Part shown: piece by piece, positions 39,120-49,138 of the stretch
How the letters are laid out: every line of letters starts with the position of its first letter
Numbering within the stretch: the stretch's first letter is position 1
Source of the DNA: a virus
Lineage: Duplodnaviria; Caudoviricetes
Length of the DNA stretch: 64,000 nucleotides
Reading direction: 5' to 3' (one strand)
IMG/VR virus record: IMGVR_UViG_3300021958_000028
Location: 61,108 to 125,107 of that record
The notes under the pieces: generated by a model
Told to the model about the DNA's origin: nothing
Database searches by the model: none
What the model saw: only the letters and a program-made list of their open reading frames with translations
Translations under genes and position numbers: made by a program

Positions 39120-41828
39120 ATGGCAAGACTAAAAAGCGGAAAAGTTTTAAATTCTGATGGGAATTTTATAACTTTAGAAGAAACACAAAGATGGCTTAAC
39201 AACCCAAGTTTAAATGGTCAGGTATTATCATCAGATACTGCTGGTAATCGTTTTTGGATTAACCCACCAGCAGGAGCTCAAGGTGGTCCAGGTGCTCAGG
39301 GTTCTACAGGTTCAACTGGTCCTCAAGGTCTTCAAGGACCTCAGGGGCAAGATGGACCTCAAGGTTTTCAAGGTGTTTCTGGAATAAGTGGAAGTCAAGG
39401 ATTCCAAGGTGTTCAAGGTTCTCAAGGTGCTGCTGGAACATCAGTAATCATTATTGGATCAGTTCCTGATGTTTATGTAAATCCACCCAACGATCCTCAA
39501 ATAACATTAAATGCAGCATTTCCTTCTGCAGTTACTTCAAATGCTGCAATTGATCAAGGATTGGGTGAATTGTGGGTTTATGATGGAGCAACTTGGAATA
39601 ATGTCGGACAAATTGTAGGCCCTACAGGACCTCAAGGAAATCAAGGAAATCAAGGATATCAGGGTACACAAGGATCTGTAGGACCTCAAGGTAATGTAGG
39701 TGCTCAAGGATTACAGGGGGTTCAAGGTTCTACAGGTTTCCAAGGTATATCTGGTGGAGCTGGATTTCAGGGAAATCAGGGTGAACAGGGTTCTGTTGGA
39801 TCACAAGGAGTTCAAGGTGCTCAGGGATCTCAAGGTCGTCAAGGTGTTCAGGGATCAGTTGGTGCCACAGGTCCAACGGGTCCTCAAGGGGTCCAAGGTT
39901 CTACAGGGTTAAGAGGTTTTCAAGGTTACCAAGGTCGTCAAGGGGCTCAGGGATCACAAGGTTTTCAAGGTTCTCAAGGTAATGATGGAACATCAGTAAG
40001 TATTATTGGCGCAGTTCCTGATGTCAATGTAAATCCACCAAATAATCCACAAACAACATTAAATACTGCTTTCCCATCAGCTACTGTAGGAAATGGCGTA
40101 ATTGATGATGCTACTGGTGATTTATGGGTTCTTAATTCACAATGGAATAATGTTGGCCAAATTGTAGGTCCACAAGGTTCACAGGGTATTCAAGGTGTTC
40201 AAGGTTCACAAGGAAATCAAGGAATACAAGGATCTCTAGGATCTCAAGGAGTTCCTGGAATACAAGGTAGTGTTGGTGCACAAGGAGCACAAGGTTCTAC
40301 CGGTACACAAGGACCACAAGGTTTCCAAGGAGTACAAGGTGCTCAGGGAGCGGGAGTACAAGGTGCAACTGGAGCAACTGGACCACAAGGTTTTCAAGGT
40401 TCTACAGGTGATGTTGGGGCAACTGGGCCCACTGGAGCAACTGGACCACAAGGTGTTCAAGGTTCTACGGGTACTGGCGGAGCAACTGGGTCCACTGGAC
40501 CAGCAGGACCACAAGGTTTCCAAGGAGTTCAAGGTGCTCAGGGATCACAAGGTCGTCAAGGTCGTCAAGGTTCTACAGGTACTGGTGGAGCAACAGGTCC
40601 AACTGGTGCTCAGGGATCTCAAGGTCGTCAAGGATCTCAAGGTCGTCAAGGATCTCAAGGTCGTCAAGGATCTCAAGGTCGTCAAGGATCACAGGGACAA
40701 GGTGGTACATCAGTCACCATTGTAGGATCAGTTCCATCCGTAACAACATCAAGTCCAAACACAACACTAACTTCTGATGACACTGGATTTTCTTGGTACC
40801 CTCCATCAACTGGTAATGGTGTAATTGCAACAGATACTGGTGATTTATGGGTCTACGATGGATCTGATTGGAATAATGTAGGTCAAATTGTAGGTCCCCA
40901 AGGTTTCCAAGGAGTTCAAGGTGCTCAGGGATCACAAGGTCGTCAAGGTTCTACAGGTACTGGTGGATCAACTGGACCAACTGGACCAACTGGTGCTCAG
41001 GGATCTCAAGGTCGTCAAGGATCTCAAGGTCGTCAAGGTTCTGCAGGTCTAACAGGTTCTACAGGTTCAACCGGTCCAACGGGTCCTCAAGGTTTACAAG
41101 GTCGTCAAGGATCTCAAGGTCGTCAAGGTTCTACAGGTTCTACAGGTTCTACAGGTTCAACCGGTCCAACAGGTCCTCAAGGTAACCAAGGTCGTCAAGG
41201 ATCTCAAGGTCGTCAAGGTTCTACAGGTCCAACAGGTCCAACAGGTCCTCAGGGCAACCAAGGAAGACAAGGTTCTCAAGGTCGTCAAGGTGCTGTAGGT
41301 GCTCAAGGTTCTACAGGTCCAACAGGTCCAACAGGTCCTCAGGGCAACCAAGGAAGACAAGGTTCTCAAGGTCGTCAAGGTTCTACAGGTCCAGCTGGAC
41401 CTTCTAATGTAATATCTGCATCGGCCACTACTACTAATTCAACATTTTATCCAGTATTTGTTGCTGGAACTGGTAATCGAACACCAAGTATTAGAACGTC
41501 TTCTGTTGCATTAAGTTTTAATGCTTCCTCTGGAACTTTATCAGCAACTAATTTTAATTCTGGTTCTGATGAGAGACTTAAAGAAAATGTGGAAACTATT
41601 AATAATGCACTTTCTACAATAGAAAAAATACGTGGTGTTAAATTTAGTTGGAAGTCAAGTGGTAATCAATCAATTGGTGTAATTGCACAAGAAATTGAAG
41701 AAATTTTACCAGAACTTGTTGAAGGTGATGATAATAAAACTGTAAACTATAGTGGAATTATTGGTGTTCTTGTTGAAGCTGTGAAGGAACTTTCTACAAG
41801 AGTAGAGGAATTAGAAAATGATAAATAA
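39120..41828 (+). CDS. Collagen-like tail fibre with C-terminal intramolecular chaperone (peptidase S74)
   Basis: Long Gly-X-Y tracts separated by three related GTSV...LWV...[10 protein letters not shown] domains; SDERLKEN...GVIAQE..V.Y..L.EAVKEL C-terminus. Confidence 0.9.
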   Translation: MARLKSGKVLNSDGNFITLEETQRWLNNPSLNGQVLSSDTAGNRFWINPPAGAQGGPGAQGSTGSTGPQGLQGPQGQDGPQGFQGVSGISGSQGFQGVQGSQGAAGTSVIIIGSVPDVYVNPPNDPQITLNAAFPSAVTSNAAIDQGLGELWVYDGATWNNVGQIVGPTGPQGNQGNQGYQGTQGSVGPQGNVGAQGLQGVQGSTGFQGISGGAGFQGNQGEQGSVGSQGVQGAQGSQGRQGVQGSVGATGPTGPQGVQGSTGLRGFQGYQGRQGAQGSQGFQGSQGNDGTSVSIIGAVPDVNVNPPNNPQTTLNTAFPSATVGNGVIDDATGDLWVLNSQWNNVGQIVGPQGSQGIQGVQGSQGNQGIQGSLGSQGVPGIQGSVGAQGAQGSTGTQGPQGFQGVQGAQGAGVQGATGATGPQGFQGSTGDVGATGPTGATGPQGVQGSTGTGGATGSTGPAGPQGFQGVQGAQGSQGRQGRQGSTGTGGATGPTGAQGSQGRQGSQGRQGSQGRQGSQGRQGSQGQGGTSVTIVGSVPSVTTSSPNTTLTSDDTGFSWYPPSTGNGVIATDTGDLWVYDGSDWNNVGQIVGPQGFQGVQGAQGSQGRQGSTGTGGSTGPTGPTGAQGSQGRQGSQGRQGSAGLTGSTGSTGPTGPQGLQGRQGSQGRQGSTGSTGSTGSTGPTGPQGNQGRQGSQGRQGSTGPTGPTGPQGNQGRQGSQGRQGAVGAQGSTGPTGPTGPQGNQGRQGSQGRQGSTGPAGPSNVISASATTTNSTFYPVFVAGTGNRTPSIRTSSVALSFNASSGTLSATNFNSGSDERLKENVETINNALSTIEKIRGVKFSWKSSGNQSIGVIAQEIEEILPELVEGDDNKTVNYSGIIGVLVEAVKELSTRVEELENDK
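40614..40690 (+). repeat. 18 bp tandem repeat x4 (GSQGRQ) in the collagen gene
   Basis: GGATCTCAAGGTCGTCAA, four exact copies. Confidence 0.9.
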
Positions 41829-41902
41829 TAACAGTATAACGTACCGAGTGGAGACGCGACGATGGTAAGAGACAACTTTTCATTGACATGGGAGGGTGAC
41901 TA

Positions 41903-42490
41903 ATGGCTATTCAGATTTCAGGAACTACTGTTATTGACAACAGTAGGAATATCACTAATTTTGAATCTGTTTCTGGTAATGGAGTAGCTACTCAGGCAGA
42001 GGCCGAAGCAGGTACAAATAATGATCAAGTAATGACCCCATTAAGGGTCACACAAGCAATCGCAGCTGCAGGAGGCGGTATGGTAGACGACGACATTAAC
42101 TGGTCAGGGTGCAATGTAGGATGTGCCGTCAGAGGTGGCGGTAATGTATTCCGTAAAACTACAGGACTCATTTGGATTGTAGCACCATCAACAACACAAG
42201 TAGGTTCCACATGGCCTATGGGTTATTGTAATGGTGAGGGTGGTGCTACTCCAAATCAAGCCCAAAGAATCACTGGTCGTTCCGGGTGGTTTATTCCTGA
42301 TCTAGGAATGCTTCAATGTGGTTATGCATGTAGAACTTATTGGGACAGTTACTCCACGACCAGCTACTGGAGTTCTACTGAGTTCACTACCAGCACTGCG
42401 TACGTTGTGTTCTTTAATAGTGGCGGCGCGCTCGGCGGCAATAAGAGCGGCATCCGCTGTGTTCGTCCGTTTCGGGTCGTGTGCTATTGA
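41903..42490 (+). CDS. DGR target protein: putative fibre-tip adhesin with C-terminal C-type-lectin-like (Lcl/DUF1566-like) variable domain
   Basis: MAIQISGTTVIDNSRNI N-terminus, ATQAEAEAGT fibre motif, W.IP...L, YWSSTE...A..V.F..G...VRPFR. Confidence 0.88.
   Translation: MAIQISGTTVIDNSRNITNFESVSGNGVATQAEAEAGTNNDQVMTPLRVTQAIAAAGGGMVDDDINWSGCNVGCAVRGGGNVFRKTTGLIWIVAPSTTQVGSTWPMGYCNGEGGATPNQAQRITGRSGWFIPDLGMLQCGYACRTYWDSYSTTSYWSSTEFTTSTAYVVFFNSGGALGGNKSGIRCVRPFRVVCY
42353..42476 (+). repeat. DGR variable repeat (VR)
   Basis: 124 bp ungapped match to 43024-43147 with 26 mismatches, all at TR adenines. Confidence 0.95.
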
Positions 42491-42531
42491 ACTTTGTACT
42501 TTGATTTTTGTATTTTGTAACGAGATTTTTT

Positions 42532-42867
42532 ATGGTAGAAGAATTGAAAATATATAAAGATACAAGTGAATTAGTTAAAAGAGTTTTTATAATAGTTAAA
42601 AATTTTCCTAGAGATTATAAGTATACTATTGGATCTAGAATTCAAAATACTGCATTAGATTGTGTTGAGTTGATTTATAAAGCATCTAGACATAAACAAA
42701 AGGAAAAAGACTTAGATGAGTTAGTATCTTCTTTAGATTTTTTATCTTATTTAATTAGAATTTCTAAAGATATGAATATCATTACTGAAAAACAATATGC
42801 TCTTTATATTGAAAGAAGTGTTCCTTGTGTAAAACAAGCATCAGGATGGTTGAGGTCTGCTAAATAG
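42532..42867 (+). CDS. avd: DGR accessory variability determinant (four-helix bundle)
   Basis: L.IYK....L......NFPRDYKYTIG.RI, L..LIRIS.D..II..KQY, KQ..GW; start moved to ATG 42532. Confidence 0.9.
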   Translation: MVEELKIYKDTSELVKRVFIIVKNFPRDYKYTIGSRIQNTALDCVELIYKASRHKQKEKDLDELVSSLDFLSYLIRISKDMNIITEKQYALYIERSVPCVKQASGWLRSAK

Positions 42868-43023
42868 TTGAGTCATTCATAATGAGCAGAATATTATTTC
42901 ATCAAGAAATAGTAGTGTACTCAACTCACGCGATTTTCATACCTTAATCGGGTAAAAGTTTTAAATTATATTTAAAACACTTTCTTCTAAAGAGAAACAT
43001 GTGAATGAAAATCAAATTGATGT

Positions 43024-43147
43024 TCCACGAACAACTACTGGAGTTCTACTGAGAACAATACCAACAATGCGTACAATGTGAACTTTAATAATGGCAACAC
43101 GAACAACAACAATAAGAACAACATCAACTGTGTTCGTCCGTTTCGGG
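43024..43147 (+). repeat. DGR template repeat (TR)
   Basis: Non-coding copy of VR with 18 AAC/AAT codons in the VR frame. Confidence 0.95.
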
Positions 43148-43158
43148 AGTGAGAAGTT

Positions 43159-44199
43159 ATGAATGACATCACATTTGAAGAAGTTGTAACAGCATATTAC
43201 GACTGCAGAAGAAATAAAAGAAATACATCACAACAATTAGAATTTGAGTTTCATCTAGAAAAAAATCTCTGGAAACTTTATGAAGAACTAAATCAAGAAA
43301 TTTTTATTCCAGAAGCACATAATTTTTTCATCATAACACATCCCAAACCAAGAGAAGTTTGGTGCTCAAATTTTAGAGATAGAATAGTTCATCATTTAAT
43401 TTATAATAGAACAAATTATATTGAGAGTGACTATATTGATAATACTTTTGCATGTTTAAGAGGAAAAGGAACTTTAAGATGTGCTCAAAAAGTACAAAAA
43501 ACTATGAGATCTTTATGGAAAGATAAAGATAATTACAAATTTCTTCATGTTGACATTGCAAACTTTTTTGTTTCCATTGATAGAGAAATTATTAAGAAGC
43601 AATTATATCCAAAAATAGAAAATGAAACTACAATAAAGTTAATAGAAATATTTTTAAATCAAAGTCCCACAGAAAACTATTATTATACTGGTGATCCAAA
43701 ACTTAAAGAATTAATACCTGATAGAAAATCATTATTTGGGAAATCTACTGGTCTTACTATTGGAAATTTGACATCTCAAATTTTTGCCAATCATTACTTA
43801 AATGAATTTGACTGGTACTGTAAAGAAAATATATCTCAATATTACTTTAGGTATATGGATGATTTATTATTTTTTATTCATAAAGATCAAAAAATATATC
43901 AAATTATTGATGATATTAATGATTATTTGGCAACTTTAAATATGACTTTAAATTCATCAAAAACAAAACATAATAAACTTGAGCATGGTGTGAATTTTGT
44001 TGGATACTTTATTAGACCTTTCTGCAAATATGTAAGAAATTCAACTAAACAGAGAGCAAAATTGGCAACAGAATGGCAATCAATTAATTCATATTATGGA
44101 CTCATGAGACAAGCAAACTGTTATAATTTAAGAAAAAAGATTGCTATTCAAAACAATATAAATATGATAAAATATGAAAAACTGAATCAATTAATATGA
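43159..44199 (+). CDS. DGR reverse transcriptase
   Basis: PKPREV, FRDRIVHH, DIANFF.SID, GLTIGNLTSQ (SQ motif of DGR RTs), RYMDD, NFVGY. Confidence 0.95.
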   Translation: MNDITFEEVVTAYYDCRRNKRNTSQQLEFEFHLEKNLWKLYEELNQEIFIPEAHNFFIITHPKPREVWCSNFRDRIVHHLIYNRTNYIESDYIDNTFACLRGKGTLRCAQKVQKTMRSLWKDKDNYKFLHVDIANFFVSIDREIIKKQLYPKIENETTIKLIEIFLNQSPTENYYYTGDPKLKELIPDRKSLFGKSTGLTIGNLTSQIFANHYLNEFDWYCKENISQYYFRYMDDLLFFIHKDQKIYQIIDDINDYLATLNMTLNSSKTKHNKLEHGVNFVGYFIRPFCKYVRNSTKQRAKLATEWQSINSYYGLMRQANCYNLRKKIAIQNNINMIKYEKLNQLI

Positions 44200-44822
44200 A
44201 CTTGATAAGCATTTATTCAACTCCAATTTGGCAAACAGAATATCCAGAATTTGAAGAAAATAAGACACAATTTATTCAAGCAATAAGAGACTTAAAAGAA
44301 AAAAGTCCAGAAGGAATTAATAAATCAAATCTTTTTGGATATCATTCTTCTGAAAGAATTCATGAAGAAGAACCAAGAATTCATCCATTACTTCAATATG
44401 TTGGAGAAACGGTAGTTAAGGCAGCAGAAGATCTTGGTTTTATTTCAGTTGATGTTGCATTGACTTCTGTTTGGTTTAATATTAATGATAGTCGTCAGTG
44501 TATGAATGCAGAACATACTCATGGAGATACATTTTCTGGAGTATTTTATCTCAAAGCACCAGAAGGTAGTGGTAAATTAGTTTTGCAAAATCCAGGAATT
44601 AACAGATTGTGGCAAGGACTTTCTTTGGTTGAAAAGAAAAATCAATTTACTGGAGAAAAGATTAGTATTGCTCCAGTAGAAGGTAATATTGTAATATTCC
44701 CTTCATATCTTCCTCATTGGGTAGAACCTAATGATCATGATGATGAAAGAATTTCAATTTCTTTCAATGCAATTTGCTTACCTGAAGGTTCACTTGGAGT
44801 TCCTCAACAAAATGCAGAATAA
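44196..44822 (+). CDS. 2OG-Fe(II) oxygenase (TIGR02466-like)
   Basis: W.NIN, HTH, SGVFYL, IFPSYL.H.V.PN, RISISFN. Confidence 0.88.
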   Translation: MNLISIYSTPIWQTEYPEFEENKTQFIQAIRDLKEKSPEGINKSNLFGYHSSERIHEEEPRIHPLLQYVGETVVKAAEDLGFISVDVALTSVWFNINDSRQCMNAEHTHGDTFSGVFYLKAPEGSGKLVLQNPGINRLWQGLSLVEKKNQFTGEKISIAPVEGNIVIFPSYLPHWVEPNDHDDERISISFNAICLPEGSLGVPQQNAE

Positions 44823-45621
44823 GCAATATTATTTTATCTCTGGACTTCCAAGATCAGGTTCTACACTACTTTCTGGAATATTAAAACAAAATCCAGAGTT
44901 TTATGCAGATATAACTTCGCCAGTATCTGGAATTATTCAAAGCACAATTAATGGAATTACTGGAAGTGAAAATAATCATAATGTCAATGAAGAAAGAAGA
45001 AAATCTGTTATTCATGGAATCTTTGATGGTTATTACTCATCCATAGAAAACCCAGTAATTTTTGATACTTCAAGAGGATGGACAAGTCAAACACCAACAC
45101 TTAAAGCACTTTTTCCTTACACCAAAATCTTATGTTGTGTAAGAGATATTGGATGGATTTTGGATTCCTTTGAAAGAATTTCTGCAAAAAATCCATTTCA
45201 TACAAATACATTAATTGCACAAGAACACAATACAAATGTCTTTTCAAGATGTGATGCAATGATGAGTAAAGAAGGTGGAATAGTCATGAGTGTCTGGGCA
45301 CTACTTCATGAAGGTTATGCAATGAATCCGAATATGATTAAGTTGATTGAATATGAGGACTTGTGTAAGACTCCAGAGAAAACTATAAGATCAATTTACA
45401 AATTCATTGATAAACCATACTATGATCATGATTTTGATAATGTAGAATACTCAAATGAAAATTTTGATTTATCATGCAATCTAAAAGACCTACACACAGT
45501 AAAGAGAAAAGTAGAGTGGATTGAGAGAAAATCTATTTTACCTCAAGATGTTTGGGAAAAGTATTCTAATATGGAATTCTGGAGACAAACAAACAAAAAA
45601 CCTACATTAGATTATAACTGA
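44812..45621 (+). CDS. Sulfotransferase family protein
   Basis: GLPRSGSTLL PAPS-binding loop, VRD....DS, YEDL...P; start moved to ATG 44812. Confidence 0.85.
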   Translation: MQNKQYYFISGLPRSGSTLLSGILKQNPEFYADITSPVSGIIQSTINGITGSENNHNVNEERRKSVIHGIFDGYYSSIENPVIFDTSRGWTSQTPTLKALFPYTKILCCVRDIGWILDSFERISAKNPFHTNTLIAQEHNTNVFSRCDAMMSKEGGIVMSVWALLHEGYAMNPNMIKLIEYEDLCKTPEKTIRSIYKFIDKPYYDHDFDNVEYSNENFDLSCNLKDLHTVKRKVEWIERKSILPQDVWEKYSNMEFWRQTNKKPTLDYN

Positions 45622-45622
45622 C

Positions 45623-47335
45623 ATGAACATTTTAGGACTTTATGGTGGATTTGATTGGGATGCAAATAAATCCTTTGATGAATATCAAGATCTAACATGG
45701 ACACATGATTCAGGAGCAACACTAATTTCTAATGAAAATCATGTTACAAGTATTTCACAAGAAAGACTTACCAGAATTAAATACGATGGAAACTTTCCAC
45801 AGAATTCAGTAGATTATTGTTTATCAGCCGGAAATTTATCTTATGAAGATATTGATTTAGTTTGTGTTCCTTCAATGTGTCTTACTATTTGGTATAAACA
45901 ATATTATGAGGGAACCATTCATACCAAATTAAATACATTATTTCCCAATGCAAAACTAAAGTTTGTTTCTCATCACTTAAGTCATGCAGCATCTGCAGTA
46001 TTCTCATCAGATTTTAATGAGGGTTCTTTTTTAGTTCTTGATGGTGCTGGTTCACTTTTATATGCTCATAATTACCAAGATGTAAAGCATGTTGAGACTA
46101 ATTCAATAGGATATTTTAATAAAGAAAAAGGAATTTTTAGATTCTTTCCAGGTCTTCCAAATGTCAATGAATTTGGTTCTTATTATCACTCATTGTCCCA
46201 CAAAATCTATTGTGAAAAAATACAAAGACAAATTAATGGTCATGATGAAAAATATAGAGAATCTTGGGATGGTAAAATCATGGGACTTTCTGCATATGGA
46301 AGTCATTTAAACTTTACAGAAGAACTCAAAGACTATCAACTCTCAAAAGATCTTGTTTATGAAGATGTTCCTTATGTGACTTTTGATAGTAGACCCTATA
46401 AAGAAAATCATACCTTTAAAAATCCAGATGAAAAAGCATATATTCTCCAAAGAAATTTTGAATGTGCTTTGATTGATTATGTAACCGAACTGAAAGAAAA
46501 ATCATATCTTGATGATTATATTTGTCTTGCTGGTGGTTCTTTCCTAAATGTTCTTGGGAATAGTCTTTTAAAACAAAGTGGTTTATTTGAAGATATTCAT
46601 GTTCCACCATATCCAAATGATGTAGGACTACATTTTGGTGCTGCTTGTTTTGGCGCATTCCAAAATAAAGAAGAAATTAATCTTCCAAATAATATTGCAC
46701 TTCTTGGGAAAGAATATACACAAGACACTATTGAACAACAATTAATAAGAGGTGATCTGAACTATCAGAAGTATGAAAGCTTTGAAGAACTTTGTGATTT
46801 TACTGCAAAGGAACTCAATAAAAACAAAATTATTGGCTGGTTCCAGAATAGAAGTGAATTTGGTCCAAGAGCATTAGGATCTAGATCACTTCTAATGCAT
46901 CCTGGTCCAGCAAAAAATAAGGACATCATGAACTCTAGAGTGAAACATAGAGAATACTGGAGACCTTTTGCTGGTATTATTCTTGAAGAACATCTTAATG
47001 ATTACTTTGAAGAAGATTTCTGTTCTCCTTATATGTTGTATTCACTTACAGTAAAAGAAGAAAAGAGAGGTGAGATTGCTGCCATTACTCATGTAGATAA
47101 TACCTGTAGAATTCAAACAGTTACCAAAGAACTTCAACCAGAAGTTACTACATTGATTCAAAAGTTTAAAGAAGTTTCTGGTATTCCTGTAGTTCTTAAC
47201 ACTTCATTTAATGATAACGGAGAACCTATCGTAGAAACACCAGAAGATGCGATCAAGGCATTTAATAATCTTGATATTGATTACTTGGTCATTGGAAACT
47301 ATATTGTCAAAAAAAATGAGGTTGTATATTCATGA
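45623..47335 (+). CDS. Carbamoyltransferase (NodU/CmcH family)
   Basis: HDS, ERLTRIK, HH.SHA, LDGAG, GKIMGL.AYG, EFGPRALG.RS, RPFA, LNTSFN..GEPIV. Confidence 0.92.
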   Translation: MNILGLYGGFDWDANKSFDEYQDLTWTHDSGATLISNENHVTSISQERLTRIKYDGNFPQNSVDYCLSAGNLSYEDIDLVCVPSMCLTIWYKQYYEGTIHTKLNTLFPNAKLKFVSHHLSHAASAVFSSDFNEGSFLVLDGAGSLLYAHNYQDVKHVETNSIGYFNKEKGIFRFFPGLPNVNEFGSYYHSLSHKIYCEKIQRQINGHDEKYRESWDGKIMGLSAYGSHLNFTEELKDYQLSKDLVYEDVPYVTFDSRPYKENHTFKNPDEKAYILQRNFECALIDYVTELKEKSYLDDYICLAGGSFLNVLGNSLLKQSGLFEDIHVPPYPNDVGLHFGAACFGAFQNKEEINLPNNIALLGKEYTQDTIEQQLIRGDLNYQKYESFEELCDFTAKELNKNKIIGWFQNRSEFGPRALGSRSLLMHPGPAKNKDIMNSRVKHREYWRPFAGIILEEHLNDYFEEDFCSPYMLYSLTVKEEKRGEIAAITHVDNTCRIQTVTKELQPEVTTLIQKFKEVSGIPVVLNTSFNDNGEPIVETPEDAIKAFNNLDIDYLVIGNYIVKKNEVVYS

Positions 47336-48123
47336 AACCAATACATGTATTTTTAAGACACTGCTATTATTCCAAACTTCAAGAACTTCCAACAAGGAAC
47401 AGACCAGTTTGGTTCAACAAAGAAAAGGTATTTGAGAACTTTAAGAACACAATAGATCCAGAACTTGCTGATTATACTATTGTGTATGATGAACACTTTG
47501 GTACTGTTGAAGATACTTTTCTTAAAGATGAAAAGAATGTAGAAATTATCAACTGTGGAAAAGAGACTACAAGTTTCTTAAAGACACTGGATATTGTTCA
47601 ATCTAAAAAATTTAATGATAATAAGATTATATATTTTTTAGAAGACGATTATCTACATCGTCCAAACTGGTGTAGTGTAATTCTTGAAGGATTAAATGTT
47701 AAACAATTTGATATCAGTTATATTAGTCTAACTGACTTTGATTTTCTTTATGGTTTTGAGGAATACAATAAACTCTTACATACTAAAACCACTCATTGGA
47801 AGTCTTCTAGTGGAACAACAAATACTTTTGCAACTAGATATAAGACACTAAAGGAAGATTTGGATGTTCATAAGCATTATTCATTGAATCCTTATATTCC
47901 AGAATTGGACGGACAAAAAATGATTGATCATGAGTTTTCAATTGATTTTGATAAGTTTGTTCAATTATTGGCAGAAAGAGATAGATTATTAATTTCTCCC
48001 ATTCCGGGATATGCAACTCATTGTCAATATGGTAAAGAAATTGCAGATCACTTGTCTCCATGTATCAGGTGGGAAGACTATCTAAATATTCCCAAATCAA
48101 ATAATACTTTATTATATTCATGA
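47332..48123 (+). CDS. Putative GT-A glycosyltransferase
   Basis: IYFLEDDYLH DxD-like motif, STTNTFA-like segment, PIPG.ATH. Confidence 0.65.
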   Translation: MKPIHVFLRHCYYSKLQELPTRNRPVWFNKEKVFENFKNTIDPELADYTIVYDEHFGTVEDTFLKDEKNVEIINCGKETTSFLKTLDIVQSKKFNDNKIIYFLEDDYLHRPNWCSVILEGLNVKQFDISYISLTDFDFLYGFEEYNKLLHTKTTHWKSSSGTTNTFATRYKTLKEDLDVHKHYSLNPYIPELDGQKMIDHEFSIDFDKFVQLLAERDRLLISPIPGYATHCQYGKEIADHLSPCIRWEDYLNIPKSNNTLLYS

Positions 48124-49136
48124 GTACTGTAATTGTTATTAGTGGTGGAGTCGGGAGAGCAATAGCAGCAATACCAGCACTTCTAAAATATCATAAAAAT
48201 CATCTAGATGAAGAGTGGTATGTGATGGTTCATGGTTGGGATTTTATGTTCTGGGGATTTCCAGAACTTCAGGAAAGAACATTTAATCCTGATGATAAGT
48301 CGGTGTTTAAAAATTACTTTTGGAATGCTACTAAAGTTCTCTCACCAGAACCATATTGTCTTCCTGCATACTATAGGAATGAGATCTCATTAAGAGAAGC
48401 ATTTGATATTCAAATTAATGGTTCCACTGATGAAGATTTACCAGAGATGCAATTAAAACTCTCTATGACTGAAATTAGAAATGGTCATAGAGTCATTGCA
48501 GAAGCAAAGAACCAACAAAAGAAAAATAAAACCATAGTAATTCAACCTTATGGAAGTGCGGCACTCATGTGTCCATTAGAAATCTATGACGAAACTTTAA
48601 GATCCATTCCACAAAAAATGTATCTTACTCTGGTCAAAAAACTATCAAAAGATTATAATATCATCTATATGGGTGCAAAGGAGTTTTATGATGGAAAAAC
48701 ATATAAACCAGATCCAGATCCATCATTAAGAGACTGGGCAGGAGTGATTAAAGTGGCAGACTATTTTATTGGGTGTGACAGTTGTGGACAACACTTTGCA
48801 AAGGCAGTAGGTCAAAATGCCTCTGTAATGGTTGCAGGAACCCATAAGAACAACACCACATACCCTGATACATTTCATATCATTGAGAGGGATCATAAGT
48901 TTCACCCAGATGCTATGAGAGTTTCACAAATTCAAGGACAACTTTCTACAAGATTGAATGAAGAAAGGTATATGTTCACTGATGAAGAGATTGAGAGCGC
49001 CTATCAAACTATTATTCAAAGGATTGAAGGTGAAAAGAAAGTTGAGATTAATGAGATTGAAGAATGGAAAACCAATTTGAATCCTCCTAGTCCTGGGAGG
49101 ATTCAGTTAGATCAACAAAATTTACTTTATGACTAA
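48120..49136 (+). CDS. Putative GT-B (GT9-like) glycosyltransferase
   Basis: GG.GR...AIPAL N-terminus, IVIQP.G, ADYFIGCDS.GQH.A.A. Confidence 0.7.
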   Translation: MSTVIVISGGVGRAIAAIPALLKYHKNHLDEEWYVMVHGWDFMFWGFPELQERTFNPDDKSVFKNYFWNATKVLSPEPYCLPAYYRNEISLREAFDIQINGSTDEDLPEMQLKLSMTEIRNGHRVIAEAKNQQKKNKTIVIQPYGSAALMCPLEIYDETLRSIPQKMYLTLVKKLSKDYNIIYMGAKEFYDGKTYKPDPDPSLRDWAGVIKVADYFIGCDSCGQHFAKAVGQNASVMVAGTHKNNTTYPDTFHIIERDHKFHPDAMRVSQIQGQLSTRLNEERYMFTDEEIESAYQTIIQRIEGEKKVEINEIEEWKTNLNPPSPGRIQLDQQNLLYD

Positions 49137-49138
49137 TT

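Larger units (their letters stand above)
41903..44199 (+). mobile_element. Diversity-generating retroelement (target-VR, avd, TR, RT)
   Basis: All four canonical components adjacent and co-oriented; adenine-specific VR/TR differences. Confidence 0.95.

Noticed and set aside
43159-44199. RT as a group II intron, retron or Abi RT
   Set aside because: Adjacent avd, a TR/VR pair with A-only mismatches and the SQ motif identify a DGR; no maturase/endonuclease extension
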